Shown: one piece after another, positions 12,500 through 23,194 of the stretch | Position numbering within the stretch: position 1 is the first letter of the stretch | Layout of the letters: each line of letters begins with the position of its first letter | Source: Eledone cirrhosa | Lineage: Eukaryota | DNA length: 64,000 bases | NCBI GenBank assembly: GCA_964016885.1 | Contig: OZ024746.1 | Coordinates: forward strand, 5,022,001 to 5,086,000 | Direction: 5' to 3' | Program-made: the position numbers and the translations under genes | Notes under the pieces: generated by a model | Database searches by the model: none | Seen by the model: only the letters and a program-made list of their open reading frames with translations | What the model was told of the DNA's origin: nothing

Positions 12500-15400
12500 A
12501 TATGGCGAGAGGAGATAGATATATATATACATATATATGAGGTGTGAATGTATGTGTGTAGACACTAGTGAAGAAAAGTGAATGAGAGGAAAGAGGAGGG
12601 AGTGTGAGGTAAATGTGGAGGGACCTTCTCTTAACAAGGAACCAACACTTTTTCTTAAATTTGTTTAACCCTTTACCATTTACTTTACTCTATATATACT
12701 ATTGTATTTTCACAGTAAAGACTTTATCGCACATAATTATCTCACATAATATCGAATGTAAGAGATTTTGATGTTATTTATTTTGAGAACAATACCTTAA
12801 CATCAGTATGAGTGGTCAGTTAAGGCCAGTTTGAACAGAAAGAGGTGAGAGAATGCTGGCCGGTTTAATATATAAATTACATCAAAATGAAATTATAACA
12901 TAACATTAACTAACAGATGAACAAAAGAACATCATCAACATCATTTTTATGTCTGTTTTTCCATGCTTGCATGGGTTTGACGAGTCCTTCTTAGCACAGC
13001 ATCTCCCCACTCACCATGCCTCCTCATCATCTCCTCTGTGAGTCTCAGCCATCTAAGGCCAGCCAGCACCACCTCCACCCAGGAGCCCCTGGTCCACCTC
13101 TACTGCAGTTTTCCACCCGGTTTCTTTTCTCCTGTCAGCTGTTGTTTTGTACTTCCCCGGAATGTCTTACTAATGCAGTCTGATGCGGTATAGGATGTTA
13201 ACAGTTAAATACAGTAAAGAAAAGTAGTAAATTAAAACATGAGAAAAGAATAAATGACACTATTTCAACTTACCAATATCTGACAATAGTCTGTTGTGAC
13301 TGACCAATTGAGGTATTCTTCTTCATCTCTGCCACAGTGACGGAGGAAGTGTTCTCAAACAAATATAGAGAGTAGAAGAGACGGTAGTGTACCCTGAGGA
13401 ATTGAAAAACAAAATATCATTTTAAAGAACTACCTTTCCACACCACCACTACTACTACAACTAGTATTATCAACTATTACAACTACTACTACTAGTATTT
13501 ACAACTACTACTACTAGTATTATCAACTACTACTACTAGTATTTACAACTACTACTACTAGTATTATCAACTACTACAACCATTATACCTGCACTAGACT
13601 GATACGTTATCAAACTGGGAAGGATGAAAGGTAAAGTTGATTCTGGTAAAACTCTCTAGCTTTGTTAAACATTTAGTTACAACCCAACCAAAACCAGCTC
13701 TGGTTCCATGAAATAAAACCACCCATTTTAAAGGTTTCCAATTAAAATTAAAATCTTCCAACATTATTTTATATAAGAACCTTACATTAAGTTACTATGT
13801 TAATAATGAAATAATTAATAATTTTAGTAAATCCCTTTAAATTCTTCATTAATTAGTTGAAACAGAGTATTTCATTGGAAATGTGGTCATGAAAGGGTTA
13901 AAGACATGACATCCTCCCTGGTGCTGGTGCCACAATAAAATACTGTCAGTAGAACATAGAAATGTATGTAAGGGAGATGCGGTCCCTTGGTTCATCTGAG
14001 AGGTCAGGAGCTCAACTTGAGTACTGACCTAGTCTGTGCTGTCCAACCCTTTCTTGTAGGGAAAATGGATGTTACATGATGATGAATGCAAGGAGCTGGA
14101 ATAAATACTGCAAGGCATTTTGCCTTCTACTCTTCATTGGCTTCATTGAGGCAGAACAGTTGTATGCTTCTTGATCAGGTCAACAGATGACATACAGTGT
14201 CAAACTTGATAAGTTTTGACCTAAAGTGAGGCTTGGCCACTGATCAGTAAATAACCTGTAAATGAAGATTTATTTTATTCCTTCTAAAAAGAGGAGCTTA
14301 ATGATTGAACAAAGAAGACAGACACTACACAGTTGATTGATTTACAATAAACAGGAGTCAAATTTTCTTCAAATTACTGTATTTACTTATATATAAGAAA
14401 TATGTGACAAACATTAACACCACTGAGCTTTTATGTTGAAGGATTAAGGTCAAATCGTTAGATTGAGGATAACTTCCTCTCTACCATTACCCCAAATCTT
14501 TGACTTGATTTCTAGAAGTATTCAGATACATTCCTAAAAGCTAAACAAGGAACAGAATTGAAAAATATACTTACGCATTCCAAAGTTTGTAGGCAGCAAT
14601 ACATGTCATACCATAGAGATGCAAAGCAATGCTATAGACATTATCAAGTAAGACATCTAAGGCTCCATTTTCTGAACACAGTAGGTTTTTCACAAGTAAA
14701 TGGCATTCACTTACATTTGCACACAGAATGCACATTAAGGTCACCATAGACCAAGGACTTGGTTTCTACAGAAGAAAAACAAACAAACAAAAAAAAAAAC
14801 AGTTCAATAAACCGAAAGTTCATTACTTAACAAAAAAAATAATCACTACTGATGCTTTTAACATCAACAACAATAATTGTTCCAACTTTAGGCACAAGGC
14901 CAGCAATTTGAACGGGAAGGGAAAGTCGATTAATTAGACCCCAGTGCATTACTGGTGCTTTATTTATCGACCTCATAAAGATGAAAGGTAAAGCTAACCT
15001 TGGCGGGATTTTGACTCAGCGCTTAAAGGGCTGTAACTCTGAGCAGACCTATCATCATCCTAGCCTTGTCATTTATACAGGTATAGTGTATCTGGGTCTC
15101 ATCATCATCATCACCGTTTTACGTCCGTTCTTCCACGCTAGCATGGGTTAGACGGGTTGTCCTGTTGTGGGCAGTGTCCAGTCGGCTGACCTTGTCTTGC
15201 TCATACGGGAACTGATTAACTAATTTGTATTAACTAATTTGTTCTCTTTTCAAGGTGATAAGATATGGTTGCATAGTAATTGAGTAATAACATGCAGGTT
15301 CCGCTGTTAGTGAACTTCAATTTCTCAGAGCAACAACTTATGGTTAAGTAGAAGAAAAATAAAAGTGATACTTCAATGAGTCAAGTTAGAATGTTACTGA

Positions 15401-18400
15401 CTCAGCTTCAGTCTTCATTCTCAGCTAACTCAACCTTGAGATAAAAAGGACAGATCCTGAACACTATAGATCTTGCTTGCAGTCTGACATGGACACAATG
15501 CAACAATGGATCTCAAACTGGCAACTCAAGCTAGCTGTGGACAAGTGCACCACCATGCATTTTGGGAGTAAAAACCCAGCGTCCACATACTCCCTCCACA
15601 GCACTCATTATCAAGAAGTCTTCTTGTGAACATGACCTGGGCATTACGGTCAGCAGCGATTTGTGTTGGACGAAGCACGTCTCTAAAATTGTCAAGAGGG
15701 CCGAGGGTGTCTTAGCATCACTCAGCAAAACCTTTGTCAGTCGCACTCCAGCTATCTATTTAAGGCTGTACACGGCTATGGTGCAGCCACACTTAGAATT
15801 TGCATCACCAGTCTGGAACCCCTATCTTGCTCAGAACATTGACCGCCTGGAAACTGTTCAGAGACGTGCAACCAAGCGAATACCCTCCATCAGGCATCTA
15901 CCATACTCTGAGCGCCTTGCTTCTCTGGGCATGGATACATTGAAGCTCTGACGCCTGGCAACTGACTTGGTAAACACCCACAAAATTGTTAACCATCTTG
16001 CCAACAACAACCCTGAGTACCTTTTTGATTTCCATGTGTCTAACACATGTGGGCATGCCCACAAAGTCAGAAAACAGTACAGTTCCCATGACTTTCGGAA
16101 ACATTTTTTCACGCTCAGAGTTGCTGAAGCATGGAACAAACTACCTGCATCAGTTGTTAGCTGTCGAGACACTGCATCCTTTAAAGCCTCCATGCTTCCC
16201 GAGATTCGCCAACACTACACCTAATGTTCCCCCTCCATACACACATGTATATCACGACTCATACACTATTCACTTCCCTGACATTTGTGTATTATTCTAT
16301 GTACTATACATGCACCTTTGACGAGTTATAGTGCACCTGAGCACTTTACACAATAATTTCATTATTATTATTATTATAAATATACCAAATAATGGAGAGA
16401 ATTTCTCTCTCTACATAGATTTAGGGTTCTTCTTACCTTGTCTATCATGCAGTCCTGAAAGTGTGTTTCCATCAGAAACAAAGCCTTCTTATAGCAAGGA
16501 TGTTGGTGAAGAGATGGTAACAAATCATGATAATAACTCTGTGGCTTCATTTGACTGAAAAATAAAGTAAAAGATATTTAACCCTTTCACATTTACATTA
16601 CTCTATAATTACTAATATATTTTCATGATAAACACTTTATCTTACATGATATCAAATCTACAAGATTTTTATATTATTTATTTTGAGTACAATATCTTAA
16701 CATAAGTATGAGAAGCCGATTATGGCTGGTTTGAACAAAAAGAGGTGAGAGAATTCTGGCCAGATACAGCTGGTTTAAATGTTAAAGGGTTAAAACAACT
16801 GAGTGTAAAGTTTTCAAAAACATTAAAACAATGATACAAAAACATGATCCATCAAACAAAAGTCTTGATGGTCCAGGATGAATTTCATAATACAACAACA
16901 ACAAGCATTTTATGCTCTAACAGTTAGAGTCTAACTCATGCTAGAATGGAAAGTAGACGTTAAACGGTGGTGAGGATTCTCTCTCTCAAGAGTGTTTTGC
17001 CTCATTCTTGAGTCATTGATAAGGAAGATAGCGGTGTTGCATGGCATCCCACTCAAATTGAGATGTCAAAAAACTGTGTTGGTATCATCATCATGGTATT
17101 AGATACCATGGAAACTAGTGATAGCCACCATATTGAAGGAATATAAAGTGGTAAGGAGAGCATGGATTAATCTAGACAAGTCACTGGGTTTGCAACTCAA
17201 TACCAGGAGAGGCAAGACTATTCTGACCAGCATCATTGGGCACTGGTCCTTTAGGGTACATGTGGTCTGGTTTGGGCAAGACCTCCAGGTGGAGAGGAAG
17301 TAGGAAGGGGTTACAAGTAGGTGACCAGTCTTAGCCAGAGTGGTCTGGTTTGGGCAAGACCTCCAGGTGGAGAGGAACTAGGAAGGGGTTACAAGTAGGT
17401 GACCAGTGTCAGCCAGAGTGGTGGTAGATTGGCAGAATCGGTAGAGCGTCAGACACCATGCTTTCTAGCATAGTTACGTCCCTTTACAGTCTGAGTTCAA
17501 ATCCTGCCGAGATTAACTTTGCCTTTCATCCTTACGGGGTCGATAAAATAAAGTACCAGTAATGCACTGGGTAATTGCTGGCCTTGTGCCAAAAGTAAAA
17601 ACAATTATTTATTACAGTCTAAGGCGGTGGAATGGCAGTATCGGTAGAGGGTCGGACGCCATGCTTTGAAGCATAGAGTTACGCCCCTTGCCATTCTGAG
17701 TTCAAATCCCGTCGAGGTTAACTTTGCCTTTCATCCTTACGGGGTCGATAAAATAAAGTACCAGTAATGCACTGGGGTGATTGCTGGCCTTGTGCCAAAA
17801 GTATAAACAATTATTTATTACAGTCTATTGCCTAAAAAATGCAGTGAATTGAAAGAATCTTTAGAACATTGGAAAAAATGCTGCAAAGCATTTTTCCAGC
17901 TCTTTAGTTACGTCGTGTTACATTCTGAGTTCAAATCCCACCAAGGTCAACCTTGTCTTTTATCATTCCAGGGTCAATAAAATAATACCAGTTAAGTACT
18001 GAGGTCAATATAATTGACTTTCCCCTCAGCCCAAATTGCTGGCCTTGAACCTAAATTAGAAACCATTATGAGTTGGCAGTATTGGTAGAGGGTCGGACGC
18101 CATGCTTTCCAGCATAGTTACGTCCCTTTACGATCTGAGTTCAAATCCCGCCGAGGTTGAATTTGCCTTTCATCCTTAAGGGGTCGATAAAATAAAGTAC
18201 CAGTAATGCACTGGGTAATTGCTGGCCTTGTGCCTAAAGTAGAAACAATTATGAGGGAAGTTGATTGGCAAGATTGTCATTGCATCTGATTCATACACTT
18301 ATTGCAGCAGTCCTACCTCCCCTGTAAAGGTAACAGATTTATCTTTTCATGACACCCTTAATGCCAGGAACTTTTCAGCACCCCAGAATATTTATGTCTG

Positions 18401-21400
18401 ATTTTGCTGAATTATACAAAAGTTATAAAGTTGTAAAATACAAAAGGTAGTAAAATAAAATTACCGTATAAGCTGAGGTAAAAAGGAAACAGAATCTTTG
18501 AAGCCTTTCTTGTAAAGTTGTTGACGGAATTTATTCTGTTCACGGTGCCGAGCATTTTTCCTGACTTTGTAATAAAGTAATTTTGAAGACATAAACTATC
18601 AAAGAGAATAGAAAGAAATAATTTATAAGAAAGAAATATTGTTGTTGTTTTGCTGCCAGCTCTAACAAGGAAGACATTTCAGTTTGAAATATCCCTTTTT
18701 TTTGTACATCTGTCTAGATTGTTCAATGTGTCCTTCTTTGTAAGATAGTAGGATGTCATTTAAGGGAGATTTTGCTGTACTAGTGGTAGTGGTGAGTGAT
18801 TGGAACAGTTCGAGACATATTTCAGGTTAATGTTAAACTAAAGAAGCAGAAATTAGTATAAATCAATATTCATACTTTTTGTGAAGTTACCTGGAAAGGT
18901 ATTACACGTATCTCCAGAAACCAAGCTTATAACATTCACTGTGTGTGACAGCTCACACCTATGCGGGTTTAGCTGGCCTCCTCCAAGGTATATCTTGTTG
19001 GAGGTGTCTTGGGTAATTTAATGATATGGACCCCAGTCCTATCATCTCATTTCTACAGCTGAGTAAACTGGAACAACATGAAATAAAGTATCTTGCTTAA
19101 GGAAACAACACATCACTCGGTCCGAGAATTGAAATCACAACCTTTCGATTGCAAGCCCAATGCTCTAACCACTAAGCCATGTACCTTCACTGCATAACAC
19201 TGAAAGATACAATATTCATACGACCATATTCTCTATAAATATTCAACTAAACATTCAACTGTTCTTCACATAATAACAACTCCATGATAAAAGCTACCTT
19301 TTCTTTTCAGAGCAAGAAAATATTCAGACTAGGATAGCAAATTTAACAAAGTGTTAATTCATCCTAGGGTAAGAGTACTGATGTTTATCATTGTCAATTC
19401 TTCTTCTTCTTCGCCCTCCTGAGAGGGTCGTGGGGCCACAGTCTTCAAGCACTCCTTCCAGCAGGTCCTGTCAGAAGCAACCGTCTCCAACTAATTCGGC
19501 TAGATCCCCAAACGTGACCAGCCAAGGTCATGAATGTTATCCAACCATCTTACTCGAGGTCTACCCCTCGTTTTCTTGCTGGTTGGTTTTGCCCATAAAA
19601 TCTGTCTAGCAATTCATTCCTAAGACATTCTAACCAAATATCCAGTATCGGAGCTGTGATATCTCAATTCGGAGTAGTGGCTCTACCTGGAGTGACTCTC
19701 TCATCTCCAAGCTATCAAGTAACATTACTTCAAAGACCTTTCGGCAGAACCCCATTTTGGCTGCTTGTATTCTTTTGGTCATTATCCATTTGTGGAGGGG
19801 AAAATACAGTATTGAACACAACCTCTTTAAAATAACAGCTAAGAAAGGTTATACAAGGAGATGTAGGGATGTGGGTTGACAACAGGGACTCTTGGAGCCA
19901 GTTCCTTCATTGCCAGGGATCTGTTAAGTCAAAAATATTAACTTCACTAATTTCTCCCAATTACAATTTAAAGACATTAAAAAGTTTATTAATCTTCTTA
20001 AATTAATTACTCTCGGGTCTCGATTACCCTTTACCCTACTTATTGATTTTTCAGATTTTTTTCAAACTCATCCCTGCTCATTAAACTTTGCTAATCTATC
20101 TTCAGTGAAATCTTATTTATATAATTACAATACTTTTCTTTATACATTAAAAAAAGAAAGAAAGGACATTACTAGAAATCCCATGTTATAAAATAAATAG
20201 GATGGGTTGGGGTCTCAATATGTAAACTAAACGACTAATTCTGGTTATTCCAAAAAATCAATAGAGTCAACCTAGAAAAATTACCAACTTTCCAAGCCCC
20301 TCCTTATATCTACCTCTTCCCCTATTATTTGTGACCACTGAGTAAGAGGAAATATTAACCAAACTGTTGCTGGCTGCTCAAATTAATACACAAGAAAGAA
20401 ATAGCAGTAACTTACTTTGGTGTTATTTATCAGGCGATTCCAATCTGAACACACCTGAGGACAGGTATAGAATAAGTCCCGAGCTGGTAATTGACTCAAA
20501 ATAATTCTCTTCAGTTCTTCAGGTAATCGTTCAAAGAAATTGATTTTTTCCAAGATGTCATCGCAGCTGTCACCAAAAAGACCATAATGTTTTTTGGCAA
20601 AATTACATACACTACTATTATTGTTATCATCATCACTGTCACTAAGCACTATTTCAGCTGTTTGTAGTTGATGAGGTTGTCTTTTACGTTTCCTAACATT
20701 TGTAACAACCGTCGATTGACGATCACCAGAACTTTTAACTGGCACCGTAACAGACCGAGATGAAGACCCAGTGTATTTACAGTCTATATCAACGGAAGAA
20801 TTTGGTTGGGGAACTTTTAAAGGGCTAGTGCTAGGGCTTTCACTGGACGTATCAGCTTTTTTTGGTGAACGATGGAAAAACTGTAAGAGGCTGCCTTGAT
20901 TTTCAATGTGATGATTCTTTTTCTTTCGTGTTTGTTTACGAGGCTGTAAAAATTTATTTATACTTCCCGCCTTGTTCAAAATAGAAAATGGGTTTACAAG
21001 AGCTTTCGACCCTTCTTTCGTGTTTTGATACTCGAAACATTGACTGGTTGTCATTAGAAGTCTACTTTTACCACTATAACTGTCAGAGATTTTAAATGCA
21101 TGATTTGTTGATAAATCGTCTTCTTTTTCAGAAACTGGGCTTGTGTGTTCATTTATTACTTCTTTTATTTCCTTATCTTTAGATTTTTCCTTGTTTTGTA
21201 CAACATTAATATTAATTAACTGACTGGCTTTTGTAAATCCTGTAAAATTATCTTTTTGTTTATTTTCAGGTTTTCCATTATTATCAGAAATTTTTTCTCC
21301 TTCGTCCGATTCCAAATCATTGTCGATATCTGTAGAATACTTCTCGTGTCTGTTGGTATTATCAGGATCTACGGTAATTTCAACAGGTTGTATATGAGAT

Positions 21401-21477
21401 GAACCATGAGATGTTGATGGGGAAGGTTCAGATATATAACTATTATTACGGGCTTTTTTAAATCCACGCCGGGACAT
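433..21477 (-). CDS. FBH1: F-box DNA helicase 1 (FBH1/FBXO18), spliced; 17 coding exons in window, 3' end outside window
   Basis: Manual splicing of 17 GT-AG exons with consistent phases gives ~1027 open codons. F-box ([17 protein letters not shown]) is followed by SF1/UvrD motifs [48 protein letters not shown] and [12 protein letters not shown]-box plus UvrD helicase is the FBH1 architecture. Confidence 0.95.
835..1190 (+). mobile_element. CR1-type LINE 3' fragment
   Basis: Closely similar to 16030-16375 (..[20 protein letters not shown].. plus 3' UTR). Confidence 0.8.
1296..1373 (-). CDS. FBH1: FBH1 coding exon 16 (motif V)
   Basis: attttag|..[25 protein letters not shown]|gtttgt; 78 nt. 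Confidence 0.9.
1834..2019 (-). CDS. FBH1: FBH1 coding exon 15
   Basis: ttttccag|..[61 protein letters not shown]|gtaag; lies within ORF 1796..2143. Confidence 0.88.
2682..2754 (-). CDS. FBH1: FBH1 coding exon 14
   Basis: aag|[24 protein letters not shown]|gtatt; 73 nt, phase fits both neighbours; AAG acceptor is weaker. Confidence 0.75.
3629..3753 (-). CDS. FBH1: FBH1 coding exon 13 (motif IVa region)
   Basis: ttttgccag|..[41 protein letters not shown]|gtaaaa. Confidence 0.87.
4150..4430 (-). mobile_element. CR1-type LINE 3' fragment
   Basis: Reverse complement of 16085-16350. Confidence 0.8.
4856..4952 (-). CDS. FBH1: FBH1 coding exon 12 (motif IV)
   Basis: ttttcag|[32 protein letters not shown]|gtaag. 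Confidence 0.9.
4965..5298 (+). mobile_element. RTE LINE 3' fragment
   Basis: Encodes [11 protein letters not shown] and [16 protein letters not shown]; ends ccatgcaagcagggaaaag..gatgatgatg. Confidence 0.8.
5883..6019 (-). CDS. FBH1: FBH1 coding exon 11 (motif III)
   Basis: ttttgttag|..[45 protein letters not shown]|gtaagt. Confidence 0.93.
6522..6714 (-). CDS. FBH1: FBH1 coding exon 10 (Walker B)
   Basis: ttgtag|[22 protein letters not shown]...[33 protein letters not shown]|gttagt. Confidence 0.93.
8153..8385 (+). mobile_element. Penelope-like pseudo-LTR with degenerate hammerhead motif
   Basis: acatac-CCGAGGA-long stem II-GAAA-C-ATAT-G-TA-atatgt; tail homologous to 8665-8776 (reverse complement). 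Confidence 0.6.
8665..8945 (+). mobile_element. Fold-back Penelope-like pseudo-LTR with hammerhead motif
   Basis: Perfect 31-bp inverted repeat 8746-8776/8912-8942 encloses CTGAGGA(8811)...GAAAC-GATT-GTA(8880-8891). Confidence 0.65.
9023..9224 (-). CDS. FBH1: FBH1 coding exon 9
   Basis: ttgcag|..[24 protein letters not shown]...[25 protein letters not shown]|gttagt; 202 nt. Confidence 0.85.
9260..9765 (+). repeat. ~47-bp minisatellite amplified from a SINE-internal motif (~10 diverged units)
   Basis: Unit aaaaagcacccagtccaccctgtaaagtggt..gtgccatgac; runs into the SINE body at ~9790; also 3-4 units at 6940-7110. Confidence 0.8.
9900..10190 (-). mobile_element. RTE LINE 3' fragment
   Basis: ORF 9913..10167 [27 protein letters not shown]; (GAT)n tail. 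Confidence 0.85.
10267..10356 (-). CDS. FBH1: FBH1 coding exon 8
   Basis: ctctag|..[29 protein letters not shown]|gtaatc. Confidence 0.88.
10902..10980 (-). CDS. FBH1: FBH1 coding exon 7 (Walker A, second half)
   Basis: ttgtag|..[25 protein letters not shown]|gtaag. Confidence 0.92.
11050..11402. repeat. 36-bp minisatellite, ~10 copies, intronic
   Basis: Unit agatatataaacattat(a/t)ttacagtgacacagactt. Confidence 0.95.
11419..11516 (-). CDS. FBH1: FBH1 coding exon 6 (Q motif, Walker A first half)
   Basis: atttcag|..[32 protein letters not shown]|gtaatt. Confidence 0.92.
11550..11793. mobile_element. piggyBac-like MITE (second copy at ~13665-13900)
   Basis: Two similar ~240-bp copies ending gaaagggTTAA. 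Confidence 0.55.
13274..13393 (-). CDS. FBH1: FBH1 coding exon 5
   Basis: cctcag|..[39 protein letters not shown]|gtaag. Confidence 0.88.
14575..14765 (-). CDS. FBH1: FBH1 coding exon 4
   Basis: ttctgtag|[29 protein letters not shown]...[22 protein letters not shown]|gtaag. Confidence 0.87.
15400..16375 (+). mobile_element. CR1-clade LINE, 5'-truncated, disrupted
   Basis: [58 protein letters not shown]; stops and frameshifts; (ATT)n tail. Confidence 0.88.
16437..16554 (-). CDS. FBH1: FBH1 coding exon 3
   Basis: tttttcag|..[39 protein letters not shown]|gtaaga. Confidence 0.85.
16578..16793. mobile_element. piggyBac-like MITE
   Basis: TTAA-ccctttcacattta ... taaatgttaaaggg-TTAA terminal inverted repeats; related copy at ~12665-12870. 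Confidence 0.7.
17100..17418 (+). mobile_element. Degenerate Tx1-like LINE remnant with an internal ~77-bp tandem duplication
   Basis: ggtctggtttgggcaagacctccaggtggagagga resembles 32680-32720; duplicated at ~17263 and ~17341. Confidence 0.65.
17420..18252 (+). mobile_element. Cluster of four head-to-tail tRNA-derived SINEs
   Basis: Box A-like tggcag..tcggtagag, box B-like gagttcaaatccc, conserved core gcctttcatccttacggggtcgataaaataaagtaccag. Core resembles Nin/Deu-type SINE domains (from memory, unverified). Confidence 0.8.
18465..18595 (-). CDS. FBH1: FBH1 coding exon 2
   Basis: ctttgatag|[43 protein letters not shown]|gtaa; continues the F-box C-terminal segment. Confidence 0.85.
19400..19780 (-). 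mobile_element. RTE-type LINE 3' fragment (GAA-tailed family)
   Basis: [30 protein letters not shown]; homologous to 41770-42128(+). Confidence 0.75.
20008..20344. mobile_element. pogo/Tigger-like MITE (copies at ~21779-22100 and ~36600-36712)
   Basis: tactctcgggtc ... gaccactgagta imperfect inverted ends; body shared with 21779-22100. Confidence 0.55.
20416..21477 (-). CDS. FBH1: FBH1 coding exon 1 (low-complexity N-terminus, PIP-box, NLS-like basic clusters, F-box)
   Basis: ORF 20383..21477 truncated at the GTAAGT donor (20410-20415). F-box at its 3' end. An acceptor ttctccttgcacag near 21537 and an in-frame upstream TGA imply a non-coding upstream exon. Confidence 0.9.
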
Positions 21478-22439
21478 GATGTTATTTTGAAATGTTATAG
21501 TAATTATCTTTTAGTATTTTCAAACAAGGAGAGTTCCTGTGCAAGGAGAATTACTTTACTACTAGCAGAATAACTAGGAGAAAATCTCTTGGGTGTCTGT
21601 GACATTTAGACCCACTAGCAAAGTGAGAACTAGTATATACGATGTAGTAAACAATACAATTTTGATAAGCAAAATCACATTCTTAGCAACGAAAATAATC
21701 ATTTCCCCCAAAATTCATTCTATGAAAAAAAAAAAAAAAATGGCAGGGAGGTAACTCTAAAGTTTTAATTGAATGAAATACTCTCAGGTTTCGAATAATC
21801 TCCCCTTCTTCGCTTATTAATTTTTTTCAGATTTTTTCCAACCCACCTCTTATTCCAACTCTTGCTTATTAAATTTTATTAATCTATCTCCGGATAATTT
21901 TTATTTTAATTGGTGGCATTCCTGTGAAATTAATTTTTTTAAGATATTAAAAAACATTATACATGACGAAAAAATACATTACTAGAAATCTCATATGTTA
22001 TAAAATAAATAGGATGAATTGGGTTCTCAATATGTAAACTAAACGACTAATTCTGGCTTTTTAAAAATTCAACGGAGACAACCTAGAAAAATTACAGTTA
22101 TGTATTTTATTAACATTCTGCAGTCATGAAAAATATCTAGTGAAACGGTTAAAGGGAGATAACTAAAGTAGTTTCCAGAACATATTCAATCAGTAATATA
22201 CCAATACATCGATTTCTTTCTGTCAATAATTCATTGAGTATCAATTGGATAAAGTTCATATCTTAGTCTACGATACCAGAGTGATAAGAGACAAACAACA
22301 AGAATGCTCTTGCCAGAATTTGAACCCTGAAACCCAAAGTGTAAATTTAAAATCAGTTTGTCCGACGTTTATCTAGTTTCGCAAATTGGTGTCAACATAT
22401 TACTAGTATTACAGTTATAGTCGATAGGTTTTAACTTCA

Positions 22440-22810
22440 ACGGGATATGGCATCAATGACTGTCGTGCTGTTACAGAGCTGGCCGCCTCCCACGCCATGC
22501 TGCTCCCAACGAGATCATAAAACATGGTCTGGGCGGCGCAGGCTTCACTTCACAGCTCTAGCAAACATTGCTAGACCGAGGGGACGGCAAAAGGTCAGGC
22601 AGCATGACAGTCACCTCGTTCTGTGAGAGTAGACCCCTCATCTGGGATACTACATACCGTGATACCTTCTCTAGTGGCAACCTGGTGCGTTCGGCTACCA
22701 GCCCAGGCTCTGCTGCCCGCCAGACCGGAGAGGGTTAACTGTCCAAGGTTCGGCCGCTCTCTGATAGGTTTGTGGTAGAGCCTGTAGCAATAGAGACTTC
22801 TGGCGTTTTT
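22440..22810 (+). mobile_element. CRE-clade non-LTR remnant (restriction-like endonuclease region)
   Basis: Translates to PRHAAPNEIIK..DRGDGKR..PLIWDTT..DTFSSGNLVRSATSPGSAARQ; homologous to 39315-39700. Confidence 0.7.
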
Positions 22811-23194
22811 TTTTTATCCCAAGTCGTATCGACATCAAAGAAAGGAATCTGATCTTTGTACGATCGAAGTACTAGAAATCTTGATAGGAAAGAAATTATT
22901 AAATTCTAACAGGATAGAATATTCAGCTGTAAGAACAAATATTTAAAAATATTTTCTACTTATAATCCTAGCTAACCCACCATTAGAACCCATTTCTATC
23001 TCTTTCAAATGGCTGGTTTTATTATTATTATTGTTGTTGTTGCTGTTACTGCTGTTGTTGCTGCTGTTACTGTTGATGTTACTGCTGCTGTTATTGTTGA
23101 TGTGGCTGTTGCAGTTGTTGTTGCAGTTGTTGTTGTTGCTGTTGTTGTTGCTGTTGTTGTTGCTGCTGCTGCTGCTGTCTCTATATATTAGTCA

